Below are positions 13,451 through 26,799 of a stretch of DNA of 64,000 nucleotides, piece by piece. The position numbers were made by a program, and so were the translations under genes. The first letter of the stretch is position 1. The number at the start of each line of letters is the position of its first letter. The notes beneath the pieces were generated by a model. It saw nothing but the letters and a program-made list of their open reading frames with translations. It was not told the DNA's origin and did not search any database. Source of the DNA: Camelus dromedarius (taxonomy: Eukaryota); assembly GCF_036321535.1 (NCBI RefSeq), contig NC_087437.1, positions 57,228,001 to 57,292,000 of the forward strand. Direction: 5' to 3'.

Positions 13451-13639
13451 TAGCCACTGCCTTAACTACCATCTTGTAAGAGCCTCTTTCTGAGACAGTT
13501 CTGACTAAGGAAGAAATTTTATTTGTAGACTTTGACTTAGCAGCTAAGAATCTTGAATTTCTTTTCCTGTTGCAAAGAAATTATGACCATCTAAAATGGA
13601 ACCAATGGAAGAAAAAAATTGCTCATTTATAAGTGCTCT

Positions 13640-15860
13640 CAAGTATAATTGTTTCAAACAAAAATTGTAACAATGTATTATGTGTTATGCATGTGTAAAA
13701 ATGAGATGTATAATGAAAAAGGCACAAGGGATGGGGGATGGACTGAAATGATAATATTATAAGGCTCTTACACTGTATGTGATGCTGTAATACTATTTAA
13801 GGGTAGGCTCAAATTTGTAAAAATATTTGTTGTAAATTCTAGGACAAGCACTAAGAAGCTTCTAAAATGATGTATGAATATATCTATAGATAAGCTTACA
13901 TTTACAGACAGTCCCTGACTTACAATGGCCCAACTCATGTGTTTTCAACATTATGATGGTGCGAAAGTGACAGCATTTTGTAAAAATCATACTTAGAATT
14001 TTGAATTTTGATTTTTTCCTGGGCTAGTGATGTGTAATACCTTACTCTCTCACAATGGCAGCAAGCTATGCAATCACAAGGGTAAACAAACAATACGTTT
14101 CCAACTATTCCATGCCCATACAACCATTCTGTTTTTGACTTACAGTACAGTATTCAATAAATTACATGAGATATCAGCACTTTATTATAAAAGAAGCTTT
14201 ATGTTAGATGGTTTTGCCCAACTGTAGCCTAGTGTAAGTGTTCTGAGCATGTTTAAGGCAGGCTAGGCTAAGCTTGATGTTCATAGGTTAAGTATATTAA
14301 ATGAATTCTGAAAGATATTTTCAACTTACAATGGGTTTATCAGGATGTAGCTCCATCTTAAGAGGAGGGAGATCCGTAATCATAATAATGTTCAATTAAA
14401 CCCAGAGCAGGTAGAAAATAAGAAGACAAGGAACAGAGACACAAATGGAAAACAACTGTAAGATGGAAGCTTTTAATCCAAACATATCAACATCACTTTA
14501 AATGGAAAGTGCCTCAAAATAAACAAGGCAAAGATTTAAAAGTAAATTTGACTATATGCTGTCTACAGAAAGCACAATTTAAATATAAAGACAAATAGCT
14601 TAAAAATAAAAGGATAAAGAAAGATACGACCTATAAACACTAATCAAAAGAAATCCAAGTAGCTACATCAGTTTCAGACAAGTAGACTGAAGAACAAAAA
14701 ACATTATCAGGGAAAAGAGAGACATTATAAAATAATAAAGGGGTTGATTGTCCAAGAGAAGTTAATAATGGTAAGTAAATGTGTATGCACCAAAAAGCAG
14801 AGCTACAATGTGCATGAAGCAATAAGTGAGCTGGAAGGAGAAACATACAAATCCACAGTTTTGGTTGAATACTTCAAAAATCCTCTGAATAATTGATAAA
14901 GCAAGTAGACAGAATTCAGTAAGGACATAGATGATCTGAATGACATGGTCAGTCAGCAGAATCTTATTGGCATATACAGAACACTCCAACAGTACTTGTA
15001 AAATATGAATTCTCTTTAAACGCACGTGGACTGTTTGCAAAGGTGGCCCATATAAACAAACCTTAGCAAATGTAAAAGAATGGAAATCATGTAAAGTGTG
15101 TTGTTGGGCCATAAAGGAACTAAACTAGAAGTCAATAACATAAAGATACTGGGAAATCCTCAAATATTTGGATTAAACAGCACACTTATAAATAACTCAT
15201 TAATCAAAGAAGAAGCTTAAGAGAAAATATAGTTTGTAGTAAATAAAAATAACAACACAACAAATCAAAATTCCTTGAATATAGCTAAAGCAGTGCTTGA
15301 AGGAAAAAATATAATTTTCAATACTTACATATAAAAGGAGAAATATCTAAAATCAGTAATCTAAGAGTCAATCTTAAGAAACAGCAAAAGAGGAGCAAAT
15401 TAAACCTGACAGAAGCATAAGGGAGAAAAATACAAGTATTACAGCAGAAATCAATGAAATTAAAATGAAAAAGCAAAAACTAGATCTTTGAAATGATTAA
15501 TAAAAGTAATAAAACTGTAGCTAGGTTGACCAAGAAAAAATAGATGAAAATAATCAGTATCACAATGAATGAGGAGGTAACACTACTGATATTAAAAGGA
15601 AAATAAGGAAATGATATAAACAACTTTTACTCATAAATTCTAAAACTTATATGGAATTAACCAATTCCTTCAAAGTCACAAATAATGATATTCATGCAAA
15701 AAGAAATCTGGATTATCCTATTAAAATTGAACATATAGTTTGAAATAATCTACAAAAGAAAACACCAAGCCAAGACAGTGTCACTGGCAAAATAATATCA
15801 AATAATTAATGAAGAAATAATACTAATTTTACATAATCTTTTCAGGAAAACAAAAGGACT
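13640..15860 (+). mobile_element. old L1M (inter-ORF region plus ORF2 endonuclease/linker), interrupted by Tigger5
   Basis: gtagctacatcagtttcagacaagtagac, ggaactaaactagaagtcaataac, gaaaacaccaagccaagacagtgtcactggcaaa; many stops and frameshifts. Confidence 0.8.
13905..14376 (-). mobile_element. MER47/Tigger5-family (TcMar-Tigger) non-autonomous element
   Basis: Flanked by TA at 13903-04 and 14377-78; ends cagacagtccctgacttacaatgg and ccatcttaagaggagggagatccg; internal gtgttctgagcatgtttaaggcaggctaggctaagc is antisense MER47. Confidence 0.85.
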
Positions 15861-16246
15861 TTTAAATGATTGCTGTTTCATAAAAAAGAGGAAAGATGGA
15901 TTAAATGGTAAAAAAAAAATTAAAAGAGAGTTGGAATATATAAAATGCAACCAATGTGCATTTTAGAATAGAAAAATACAAAATCTAAAAATTGGTAACT
16001 CGATGAATATATGAATGATCTGTTTTCTACAACAAAACCTCACATATTTAAAAGGTAGGTCACATAACTTAGAGCTTCTAAAACATATTATGCACTGTCT
16101 AGATTAACTTTTAAAATTGCTTGATATTTGAAAAAAGTAGACTGAAAGAATTCACGTGGGTGGAAACAACATGGTAGGACTAATAAACTTGAAGACAGGT
16201 AAATGAAAGCTCAAAGGAGAAATGAAAACAGAGTGCAAAACTTACA

Positions 16247-16347
16247 TGTGACACTTCAAAGCATGCATATATATATCAATTATTTATGCTTTTATTAAAG
16301 CATGCATATATATATATATATATATATGTGACACTTAAAAGCATGCC

Positions 16348-16380
<33 letters not shown>
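16247..16380. repeat. compound (TA)n repeat with duplicated tgtgacactt.aaagcatgc unit
   Basis: aaagcatgc occurs three times and tgtgacactt twice, each unit followed by a TA run. Confidence 0.85.
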
Positions 16381-18444
16381 ATTGGAATCCCAGGAGGAGA
16401 TGAAAGAGAGAGAGAATAGGACAGGAATATTTGAAAAAGTAATAGTCAACAATTTTCAAAATCTGATGAAATGCATTAGCCCACAGATTCAAGAAGACCA
16501 GAAACCCCAGGCAGCATAAATTCAAATGAAAAACCACACCTAGATACATCAGAAAATTAGAAACAAAAATAAAATGTTAATATTCCAGTAGAAAAAAAAA
16601 GAGAGAAAAAATACTAAATCTTATGACTATTTAACAGAAACCAGAAGAAAATTGACTTCTTAAAAGTACCAAAAATATGCTAACCTAGAATTTTATACTA
16701 TCAAAATATTTTCAAAATTGAAAGCAAAATAAAAATACTTTTGCACACGTATACACCCCCCCCAACACACACCCACACCCACACACACACACAAAACTTG
16801 GTCACCAACAGATTTACACTACAAGACATATTAAAAGGGTCCTGAAAAAAAATAATTTCAGATTGGACCATGGAGCTGAGGAAAAGACTGAAGGTTAAAC
16901 ACATGGGAATATAAAAATAAATATTACTTATTTACAATAATAGTGTAATAATAATAGTGATATGTAGGATTTTGAACAAACATACAAGCAAAATATATGA
17001 AAACAAGAACACAAAGTTCACAAAGGTGATAAAAAGAGTGAAAATATAGTAATCTTCTTATGATGAGGAAATGAACAAGTACAAATTTAAAGCTGACAGT
17101 AATAATGAAGGATGTATATAGCAATTTCTAAGGTAGCCCCTAAGGGAATAATAAAAGTTAGTATAATTTAAAAGCAAATTCAGAATGGATTAGTAAAAAT
17201 GGTTTATTAATTCAAAATATGAAAAAGGAGGAATGATGGAATAAAGAACAGATAGCTAGATGATGATCTTAAATCCAGCTATGCTGGTAATTACATTAAT
17301 TGGAAATCATTTATACACTTGAAATAAAAAATAAAGAATATCAAATGCTACAGATGTTTAAAAGAAAACTATATGCTGTCTTTAAGAGACATACTTCAAA
17401 TGTAAGAACAGAAAAGTTGTCAGTAAAAAATGGAAAAAGTATACCAGCTGAAGTAAAGCCAGTACAGCTACATTAAAAGCAGAGAAAATTTAAGGAAATA
17501 AATATTATAAAATATAAAGAGGGATATTTCATGGAGATAAAAGGTCAGTTCAAAAGGAAGATATAATTCTAAATTTTTGTGTACTGAACAACAGCTTCAA
17601 AATGTTTTGAACAGAACTAAAAGCAAATTTTGACAGAACTAAAAGGAGAGATGGACTACTCAACAATCACAGAGATTTTTCACATGCTTCTCAGAATAGT
17701 TGGAGATTTTAATGAAACTGCATAATTTACAGATCAAGTGACAAAACTGAACGAGGATATAGAAATACTTGACAAATACAATTAACTAATTTGACTTATT
17801 TGATGTGTGTGGTAAAATTCATCCACCAACCACAGAATACAATTGTTTTCAAATACATATAAGCCATTTGTGAAAACAAACCATATTCTGGACCTTAAAG
17901 TAACTCTTAAAGAAATTAAGAAGAGTATCTTTAATGCTCTTGAGATGAACAGATTTTTTCTAAATAAAACACAAAAAGAAATAAACCTTCAAGAAAAGAT
18001 CAATAAATTGAATTTTATTAAATTTGCTCTGAGAGTAAAGGGCTACACAGAGACTAGAAGAATATATTTTTAATACATATATTCAACAAAAAAAACCCAT
18101 AGTCAGAATGTACAAAGAATTCGAACTAATCAGTAAAGAAAGGATAAATAACCCAGTAAAAATAAGCAAAAACAAAACAAAGCAGAAATAAATGAGGCCA
18201 ATTTTTGGAATAGGCACTTTACAAAACAGGATAGCTAAATAGGTCAACTCTGAAGTCTTCAGGGAAATGAAAATTAAAACCACAGGAAGGTACCATTAAA
18301 ATGGCTCTGATGAAAAAGTCAGAAAATATAAAAAGTGCTAGCACAAACAGGACTGTGTTCGATTGCTGGTTTAAGTGTAAATTTGTAAAACTCCTCAAAA
18401 AAAGCTGTTTGGCAGTATTTACTAAAATTAAAAATATGTATACC

Positions 18445-18776
18445 CTTATGAGGAATCAAAAAAAACAAAAACATAAATACAAAACAGAAGCAGACTCATA
18501 AACATAGAATACAAATTTGTGGTTGCCAAGGGGGCGGGGGGGTGGGTGGGAAGGGACAGACTGGGATTTTAAAATGCAGAATAGATAAACAAGATTATAC
18601 TGTATAGCACAGGGAAATATATACAAGATCTTGTGGTAGCTCACAGTGAAAAAAAAATGTGACAATGAATATATATATGTTCATGTATAACTGAAAATTT
18701 GTGCTCTACACTAGAATTTGACACAACATTGTAAAATGACTATTACTCAATAAAAAAATGTAAAAACAGACAAACA
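18445..18776 (+). mobile_element. young 5'-truncated L1 3'UTR (camelid L1_Vpa-like) with 15-bp TSD
   Basis: TSD aaaaatatgtatacc at 18430-18444 and 18777-18791; G-rich tract; aagattatactgtatagcacagggaaatatatacaagatcttgtggtagctcacag. Confidence 0.9.
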
Positions 18777-19129
18777 AAAAATATGTATACCTTAAAATAC
18801 GTCAAACTGAAGAGGAGTAAGTGCTTATGTTCAACCAACATTATTCACGCATAGCAACATGATTCACAGTAGCTCCAAATTAGATAAACACAAACATGCA
18901 TCACTGGTCGAACAGGTAAATACACTGCGGTATATTCATACAATGAAAGTCTCCAGAGCAATGGAAAATAATGAACTACTCATATGAAATAGTATGAATA
19001 AATCTCCTAGACATAATCTTGAGTGAAAGAAGCCAGACACAAAATATTAATGTAATAGTATGGATGAGCTTAAAAGTTTATTTCAGGAAATGAATAAGAA
19101 AGTTATATATTTTTACTGTTTAATTTTAA

Positions 19130-19466
19130 AGGTAACCTTGTAAACAAAGAATCTTCTGGCTGAGACCAGAATTAGAGGGAGCTGTGAATTTGGAAAGAGA
19201 AAGCATTGCAACATCCATTGAAGATGGATGAAGGGGACTGTGAGCCAAGGAACATGGGTGTCTTCTAGAAGCTAGAGGATGCAAGGAAAGGGAGTCTCCC
19301 TCAGAATCAATCACCAGAAAGGAATGCAGACCTGCCAATACTTTGGTTTTAGCCCAGTGAGACCCTTGTTAAACTGACCTATACAACTTTAAGATAATAT
19401 ATTTGTGTTGTTTTTAGCCACTAAGTTTATGATGATTTATTATAGCATCTATAGAAAACTAATACA
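19130..19466 (+). mobile_element. MLT1 (MLT1D-like) MaLR LTR
   Basis: tgagccaaggaa...tctagaagctaga...caaggaaa; ttttagcccagtgagaccc; ends gccactaagttt...tagaaaactaataca. Confidence 0.85.
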
Positions 19467-19509
19467 GGCCATTTTAGTAGTGTGGGGAAGTTTTAGATAC
19501 CTTTTTATA

Positions 19510-19755
19510 GTATTTTAAATATGTAACATAAAATAAAAAGATGTTAAAAGGAAACCAACTATATGGAAAAACAGTTATCAAATATTCTAAAAAGCACATT
19601 TGTGATAAAGTAATATATTCACACACATATACATGTATTTAGGATTTAATAGGATCTAGTGGTGGGTTTAATCACTGTCATTATTTTGAAGTACTGATAA
19701 GCACAAATGATGTTTTCCACATCCAAAGCACTTCCCTAACTGGAATCGGAAAATA
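19510..19755. mobile_element. Charlie1-like hAT transposon fragment
   Basis: cagttatcaaatatt...atttgtgataaagtaatata; gatctagtggtgggtttaatcactgtcattattttgaagtactgataagc. Confidence 0.65.
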
Positions 19756-20874
19756 AGATCAGAGAAGAAAACACCTGGGGTTTGCTTGTCTCAGAAGGGA
19801 TCTTTTTTTGTGTGTGAAACTTTAGCACATCTCGCCCTTGCTCCTAGAACTTTCCAATCCTCCAAAACTATATCCTTGTGATTGATTGATTATTCACCAG
19901 TTTCTGGCTTCACAGTGAGAGTGTTGGTCTTTCATGACCTACGATATCCTAGGCAGAAGAGACGGTCTCTCTGCCATGTACTCTCGATAGGTGTGCCCTT
20001 CTTTTGTGCTGACCTTTGCCTACTTAGAAATCTAAAGCCTTTGGAAGCAATGTTTTAAAATAAGCTTTACATGATACTTAGGCAACAGATCCCTAATGAA
20101 TGGCATGCTGAATTAGGTGACCCTGGTAGCTCCTGAAAGCAGGTCCTATCCTCAAATAGGTTACACTGCAGATGCATATGAAGGTATTTTTATGTTATTA
20201 TGAGGCTATCAGTGGGACTCCTCTTCTAGCACATTTTCGGCTGCATCTGGCACATTGCTTATATAGATTGCATATTGTCTGTTCTTGGACAATGTATATC
20301 TAACATTTTGATATTTTTATTAATATCTTTTCTAATTCAGAGACCATTCAACAGCTGCTTTGCTGCACTGAAAATTTTTGACAGTCTTTTTATTTATTTG
20401 ATTTATTTCAGGTCTTATCAAAATTATTTCTATGATTTAGTTGCTTTCTCCACTTGTATATTTATATGACTCTTCTTATCTCAAGGTAAAGTTTATTAAA
20501 GCTGTTGGAGTCAAGTTATTGGGCTTTATGAAGTCTATCTGCTCTACTGTTTTGTATGATACTATCTGGTTTAGATAAGAGTTTCTATTGACTATTCAGT
20601 GTTTTTATTTGAATTATTCTATAAAAGGGATAATTCTCTACATTAGAGATTCCTTTAAATGACAAGTAGTCAGTACTTGACAATGCCTATTTTTTAGCAT
20701 TTGAAGTCATTGGAGTGACAGAAAAAATATTGAAGTTGAATACATTTGGATTCTGCCACATTATCAAGGGATACAATTTTGTCTTTGCCTACCAAGGGTT
20801 TTGGTGGGTAGAATTGGAACTTAGTAATAAAATTTGGTTAACATGCATGCCAGTTAAATTTCAGATCATTTGAA

Positions 20875-21190
20875 GCAAGATCACCAACTGAAGTTCATAT
20901 AGAGGCTAAACAGAGAAACTTAATTAAACACAAGTCCAGATAAAATGTCAGAGAGGCAGCAGTGATTGCTGGGGATCATGGAAAACAGTTGCATATCTCT
21001 TATTGGGGGCAGCATCATTAAAGTTTCAGTAAATTGTATCTGTCTAGAAATGCAGATCCAGGATTAAAGATCTTCAGGTTTTTTCTAGAGAAGTCATATA
21101 TTTGTGTAATATCTCTTGATTATTTTTAAGAAATGAGCTTAACACACACACATATACAACTCATGGGTTAACAGCTGTATTTTTCTGGCT
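20875..21190 (+). mobile_element. MER102 (hAT-Charlie), degraded
   Basis: gggggcagc...gaaatgcagatccagg...agatcttcaggttttttctagagaagtc...tgtgtaatatctcttgatt. Confidence 0.55.
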
Positions 21191-21397
21191 TAAAACAGTT
21201 ATCTGTATTAAATTTTATTCAATCAGATCTGGTACAATTGAAAATTTGTTCTACTATGTTGATATTAATAATTAGTCAGAATTTTGCTTTCCAAAGACCA
21301 AAAATATTACAAATCTGAATGAGTATTTGTGTCACAAATTTTTGTCATATTGTAACTGATTTAACTTCTTAAGACCCTCATATTTTCAGTTCAATCC

Positions 21398-21520
21398 TAT
21401 TCACTCATCTGGTGCATATTCGTTGAATAAACTCTATGCAAAGCACTGGTTTACATGACAAAGATACATAATAAACAAAAAAAGACCTAGGTCCTACCTT
21501 TAATAGTATTTAACATGTGA
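21398..21520 (-). mobile_element. L2 3' end, antisense
   Basis: attcactcat...catattcgttgaataaactctatgcaaagcactgg...gatacataataaacaaaa...ggtcctacc. Confidence 0.6.
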
Positions 21521-22539
21521 GTTTAATCATTAAAATACACTTCCACATATGCTACATAATTAAATTAGCCTTTTTTCCCTTGAGATATTTTTTCAACGTG
21601 AGAAGATCTTAAAAGGTACTGATGTTACTTACACATATTAAAAAGAAACTAAGCTCTAGAGTTAAGTGAAAAATTATAAAATAATTTGGGACTTTAATTT
21701 TTATCTATTTTGATTAATTTGTACCTATATTCTAAAAGCATGTATATTTAGCTAAAATGTGCATTGTCCAAACCTTGTACATCTCAAATATTGTTGAAAA
21801 GTAACAGATCTTCTCAAATATATTTTCTTATCCATTGCTGAAGAGTGTTTTTCTTACTGTAGTGAAATGAAGCATCTTGGGAGGATTGACATATCATCTG
21901 CTAAAATAAATATTTTAAAGAGCTAGAGGCAAACTAACATTATTTACTTCCTATCTACCCAGTATATAAGTTTTCAGTTAATCTCTGATAGAGTTTAGAA
22001 GAGCAAACATACAAGGATATGGGCTTTTAATGCCTTTACCTTTTTTTCTACAGAAAAGTAACCTGGTCACTGTTCTCCACATCTCTGCGCACCCTGCTTT
22101 TTGGTAGTGGCCCTGTTATTTCAGAGCAAAGCAGTCAGGCTCAAAAATTCCATCTGTTTCAGTAGCACAAAGCCATTTTCCATATGAATGAGTATGCCTT
22201 AGGATTGGTTTTTCTGGCTAGTGGTTTGTTCCAAGGCAAAAACACTTGGCAAAAGTTAGAGAGGATATTGTTTTCAATGAATAAGAAAATAAAGGTTGAG
22301 TCTGTCATTGTTTTTTATATAATGTTTGATGAATGTTGAAAGGCTTCCAGTTGACGAGCCTTCATGAGCTACAAAACTTGGAAAAGCTAGCTTAGAAGAG
22401 ACCGATCCACTATGTGATTCTAGTCAGCGGTGAGTTATGAGAAGGGACTTGGAATGTGAGTAAAGTACTTTGATGTTCTTTTCTTGAATTTGCCAATTGT
22501 GTTTTTTTTGTATCCTTGCATATATCTCATTTTTGAATC

Positions 22540-22715
22540 CAAGACTGTCTACATAATTTACAGGCCCGGTGCAAAATGAAAACATAGGACTCCACTTTCA
22601 AAAATTATTAACAATTTAAAGATAGCAACAACAATATTAAGCCAAACTCAGGACCCTTCCAAGCACAGTGCCTTGTGCAACTGCACAGATTGTGTACCCA
22701 GGGAGGCTGACCCTG
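22540..22715 (+). mobile_element. MER91A (hAT-Tip100)
   Basis: ctacataatttacaggcccggtgcaaaatgaaaa...ttcaaaaattattaa...tgtgcaactgcacag...ggctgaccctg spans the full recalled consensus. Confidence 0.8.
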
Positions 22716-23549
22716 CTAAAAACATATGGTCTTTATTTATAAAGTCGCCATGACTTGATAGCTAACCTGAACTGTGAAATTCTTATGAGGCTCAAATTAG
22801 ATGTTGAAATATTTTGTAAATTATGAAGAACAAAACTAATATAGAGAGGCCAAAGTTTACTCTTCGGTTTACCTAAATAATCCAATAGCAGTGTATTTCC
22901 TCACCTGTGAGTGTTAGATTATTTTCCACACTTTCTTCTAGATCCCAGTCTAATGAAAATTAACAAATAATCACTGTACATTCTCTAATAGATTTTCCTT
23001 GAAAGTTCAAATGTATTTGGAAATATACAAGGACAGTTAAGTGTGTGTGCATGTGTGTGAGCGTGTGTGGTGTGTGTGGATCTAAAGGATAAAAGAGACA
23101 TGTGAGCTGGAGAAAGAGATTTGAGAGATTGAATGAAAAGCTCACGTTATGAGAAATATTAAGTGAGATGATCAAAGGGTGAATGAGTGGGTGAGGGACT
23201 GATAGACAAGCTAATAAACAGCTTGTTCCATAAGATTCCTGGAGGCTAACAGTGAATAGATGAGAGAGAAACAGAATAAACAGAGAAATTCACTGGAATT
23301 AATTTTTACTTTCTATGATACCTATTACCATTCTGAAATAAGGCCACATCTCAAAAAGAGGTGGTCAGATAAAAGGTAGAGAGGACTGGGCAAGAAATCA
23401 GACCTTATGTAAAATAAATATAGTGACATTTGTCTTTCCTTTTACCACTTTGTTGGTATATGCTTTTTCTCCTGTTTTTGATGCCCTTAACTACCTAAGA
23501 CATAGGAAAGTTCAAGAGTCTTTGAGCCACTGAGATTAAAACAAAAAGA

Positions 23550-23722
23550 AATAAGGTCCTGTTGTATAGCACACAGAATTATATTCAATACCTTGTAATG
23601 GCCTATAATTAGAAACTGTATGAAAAAGAATATATATACACACACACACGTAAATGAACCACTATGCTGCACACCAGAAATTAACACAACATTGTAAGTC
23701 AACTATACTTCAATTTAAAAAG
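23550..23722 (+). mobile_element. short L1 3' tail (cetartiodactyl-type)
   Basis: aaggtcctgttgtatagcacacagaattatattcaataccttgtaat...caccagaaattaacacaacattgtaagtcaactatacttcaatt. Confidence 0.85.
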
Positions 23723-23929
23723 CTATCTATTTTTATACATGCCTTCTTTATGATGGACTAATACCTGATTATCTTATTCCAGATCCTCTAAATGTCTCAC
23801 CAGTATTCCAACAGTAAATTTACTCCTGCTTCCCATATTTTCACTGTTTACTGAACCCTCCATGCTGCCTCCTAAGTAAGCTTTATAGTACCCAGGTGCA
23901 CACAAACCAGACCTAATTTAAAGCTTGTT

Positions 23930-24260
23930 TTATTGGCCTACATATAAATCTCAGATTATTTTTAAGACCCTTCACAGTCTGGTCCAACTTACCTTTTCTT
24001 CATTTTTCATTATGTTCCCTCAATCTTGCACATTCCAGTCCCAATGAACTATTCACAGTTCCTCAAGCATTTCACAGACCTTCCAGTCCCCAGACCTTTG
24101 CATATAATATCTCTCTGCTTAGAATATTATATTCCACTTCTCCATGCAGCAAACAACCTTTCCTTGAAAGTGCATACAAATATTATCTCCTCTGTAGTTA
24201 AGTCCTTGAGGAGTTCTGAAGAAGAGTAACTCCGGTGGTTTGCATGATAGTTGTACTAAT
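23930..24260 (+). mobile_element. L2 fragment
   Basis: cagtctggtccaacttacctt...gaactattcacagttcctcaa...gacctttgcatat. Confidence 0.55.
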
Positions 24261-24266
24261 ACCATC

Positions 24267-24440
24267 TGTTATTAGTCAGCTTTGCCATGGCAACAAACCA
24301 CCCAATACCTCATTCTTATTTAAAAAAAAGAGAGATTTATTTCTTGCTTGTATTTTGTGAGGGCTGTGCAATGTCTGCAATTCCACACCAGGCAACAGTC
24401 TGTTATAGACCTACTGCCCTTGTCTTCTTCCTGTAGATTT
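24267..24440 (-). mobile_element. old MLT1 LTR fragment, antisense
   Basis: tattagtcagctttgcc...aacaaaccacccaa...gatttatttcttgct. Confidence 0.55.
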
Positions 24441-24499
24441 CAGGGAGTGGTTTTTCCACGAAGAGATTGAAAATACATCCAGTAACGGGAAATTAGACT

Positions 24500-25760
24500 T
24501 GGGTTACTTTAGAATGGGGATAGTCAGTAAAGGCCTTTCTGAATAGGTGACTTTTAAAGTCAATATCTGAGGAATAAGAAGGAGCCATCTTTACAAATAT
24601 GGATTAAAAAGCACTCCAGGCAAAGATAATAACAAATATAAGCATTCTAAGACAGGAACCAGCGTGGAAAGCATTACTGGAGAGGAGTGGAATGAGGAGA
24701 GTGAGAGAAGATGAAGTACAGCAGGTAATCAAAGGCCACTTCTCTCATTCTCTCTCCGTCTTAAAATCAGAATAAGGATTTTGTATGCTATACTAATTGT
24801 GATGGAAAAGCATTGGATAGTTTTAAGCAGGTGTGATGAAGATGATGCGTATTTAAAGAATATGTTATATATGTTAGAAGAATACTGGCAGCTGGATAGT
24901 GAATGTGTTATTTGGGGGAAAGAGGAAGGAAAACATGGAGAAGCAGGAGGCACGCAATTAGTAAGCTATTGCAGTAGTCCAGGCAAGAGATCATCATGGC
25001 TTATACCGAGGTGGTGGCAGTGGATCTAGAGCCCATGGGAAAGGGTGGACCCTTGATAAGGGCAGGAACAGTTCATCTTCTTAACAGAGAGAACGTAGTA
25101 TACATTGGTTGCACCAACATGGGGGATTTCTCTTACCAATTGCTTGTACTTTGCTAAACTATATGACAAAGTCAACAACTGAGTGTTAGTCAGACAATTC
25201 TTTCAAAATAGAAATCTGAAGAAAGAGAAGATATAAGACAGTTATTTGGGGAAGAAAGAAAAAAAGTTTAGGGAAATGTACTAGAATTACCAGGCAGTGT
25301 TGAAGACTCATCTGAGATTTGTCATCAAGAATTTATGACGAAACAAGTCAACTTGGTTTTATGTTTTTCATCATCAATGTCCAGTTTTCCTGGAACTAGT
25401 AGTTACATTTAAACAGAGTTTTTAAAAAGTTGAAAAATGATATACTGATATGCATGAAGCCTATGGGAGGTATGCATCACAGTGGTGAAGGTATAAATTT
25501 GAGATTTTTCTAGTAGTGAATGTATTGGTGATTCCAAGGTTTTAAGTGTTACCGCAGGACTAGGTGGCAGAGGTGCCTGTAAAGAACTATTGGTGATGAG
25601 AAAGTTTAGGAACAGAGAGAAGTATTGAAAATTGGAAATTATGTGTAGTGGTAGAAAAGAAGATGATCAGTCAGAAACTAAAGCCATCAGTCAGTGAAGA
25701 GGAGTAACCTGAGGGTCAGAAAGGGAGAGTGACCATGGGGAAAAGCAGGTAGTTAAGTCT
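24500..25760 (-). mobile_element. L2 LINE, antisense, about 1.2 kb
   Basis: gtcagtaaaggcctttctgaataggtgacttt; tgtgatggaaaagcattggatagttttaagcagg; gctattgcagtagtccaggcaagaga. Confidence 0.75.
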
Positions 25761-26799
25761 CACGGCATTTGCTTTAAAGATGCTAAGGAGAAAAGTGTTT
25801 GGAAACAATTTTGAAGTAGGAGAAAAAAAGAAAAGAGAGCATTGATTCCTGTCTAGATCCTGAGGCACAAGGAGTTTAAAAAGAAATAATCTTCCCTAAA
25901 TTTAAAGAACTGCATGGAAAATAGTGACATTAGGGGAATGTTTAAAGAAATTAGGGCGATCGATGATTATAGATCATTAATTCAAAATATATAGTGGAAA
26001 TGTTCAGGAAGGGAAAGAAATCTGTGGATAACTGGGTCAGAGAAGTAATCCTGAGAGTAGTGCCACGGTGATTAACTTTGAAGCATAGATGCATTAAAGT
26101 ATTTAGGTAATGAAGGACTTGGATGTTTGACAGTGACTAGAGATCTGTGGATGATGGGAGGTAAAACTATCTTTCTAGGGATCCTAGTATGTAGGTTTCT
26201 AGAACTGGCAAAAATTTAGGGTTTTTTTCCCATCACTGTGGAGGGCTCATCTGGTTCCGCAGTGCTCAATTGTATGTCTAATTGTTTCCTAATCTGAAAC
26301 TCAGGATGCCTCTTGAGGGATCTTATTGCTCTTTCTTCGTATTTTTGAGGAAAAGTTTCTATTAATTAAGGGTTTTTAATGATCTAGTTAATGCACCTAA
26401 CCTTCTTAAATGCCCCAAAGAATATTTTAGGGAAGTTGAAATCCTTCACATGTACATGGGCTCTGCTGTAACTTTCATGATGTCTGAACACAGAAACATT
26501 TAAAAGTTAAGTCCAACAGACAAATTCAGTAAGACTGCTGGGCATATTAAACACTTGCAATTGCATTTTAATAACTCTCGATTTCTAAAACATAACATTT
26601 CAACAAATTCCAGATGGTTTACAATCTCTTTTCTTTATAAAAAATATTTTTAAAAGTGGAAACATTTTACACATATAGAAAGTAACATGCAAGAGACGTG
26701 TATTAGTTCCTCCCTAGACTTGACAATTATTAACATTTTGCCTTATTTACTTCAAATGTCGTTTTTAATAAGGTATTACACATATAGCTAAATATTCCC

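Larger units (their letters stand above)
15900..19050 (+). mobile_element. second old L1M: ORF1, inter-ORF, ORF2 5' part, large internal deletion near 17920, ORF2 end and 3'UTR
   Basis: ORF1 relic attggaatcccaggaggagatgaaagag...cccacagattcaagaag; endonuclease relic 17270-17920; tail cataatcttgagtgaaagaagccagacacaaa. Confidence 0.75.

Noticed and set aside
16247..16380. Repeat-spacer pattern resembling a CRISPR array
   Set aside because: Only 2-3 units with TA-microsatellite spacers inside an L1; no cas genes; eukaryotic DNA
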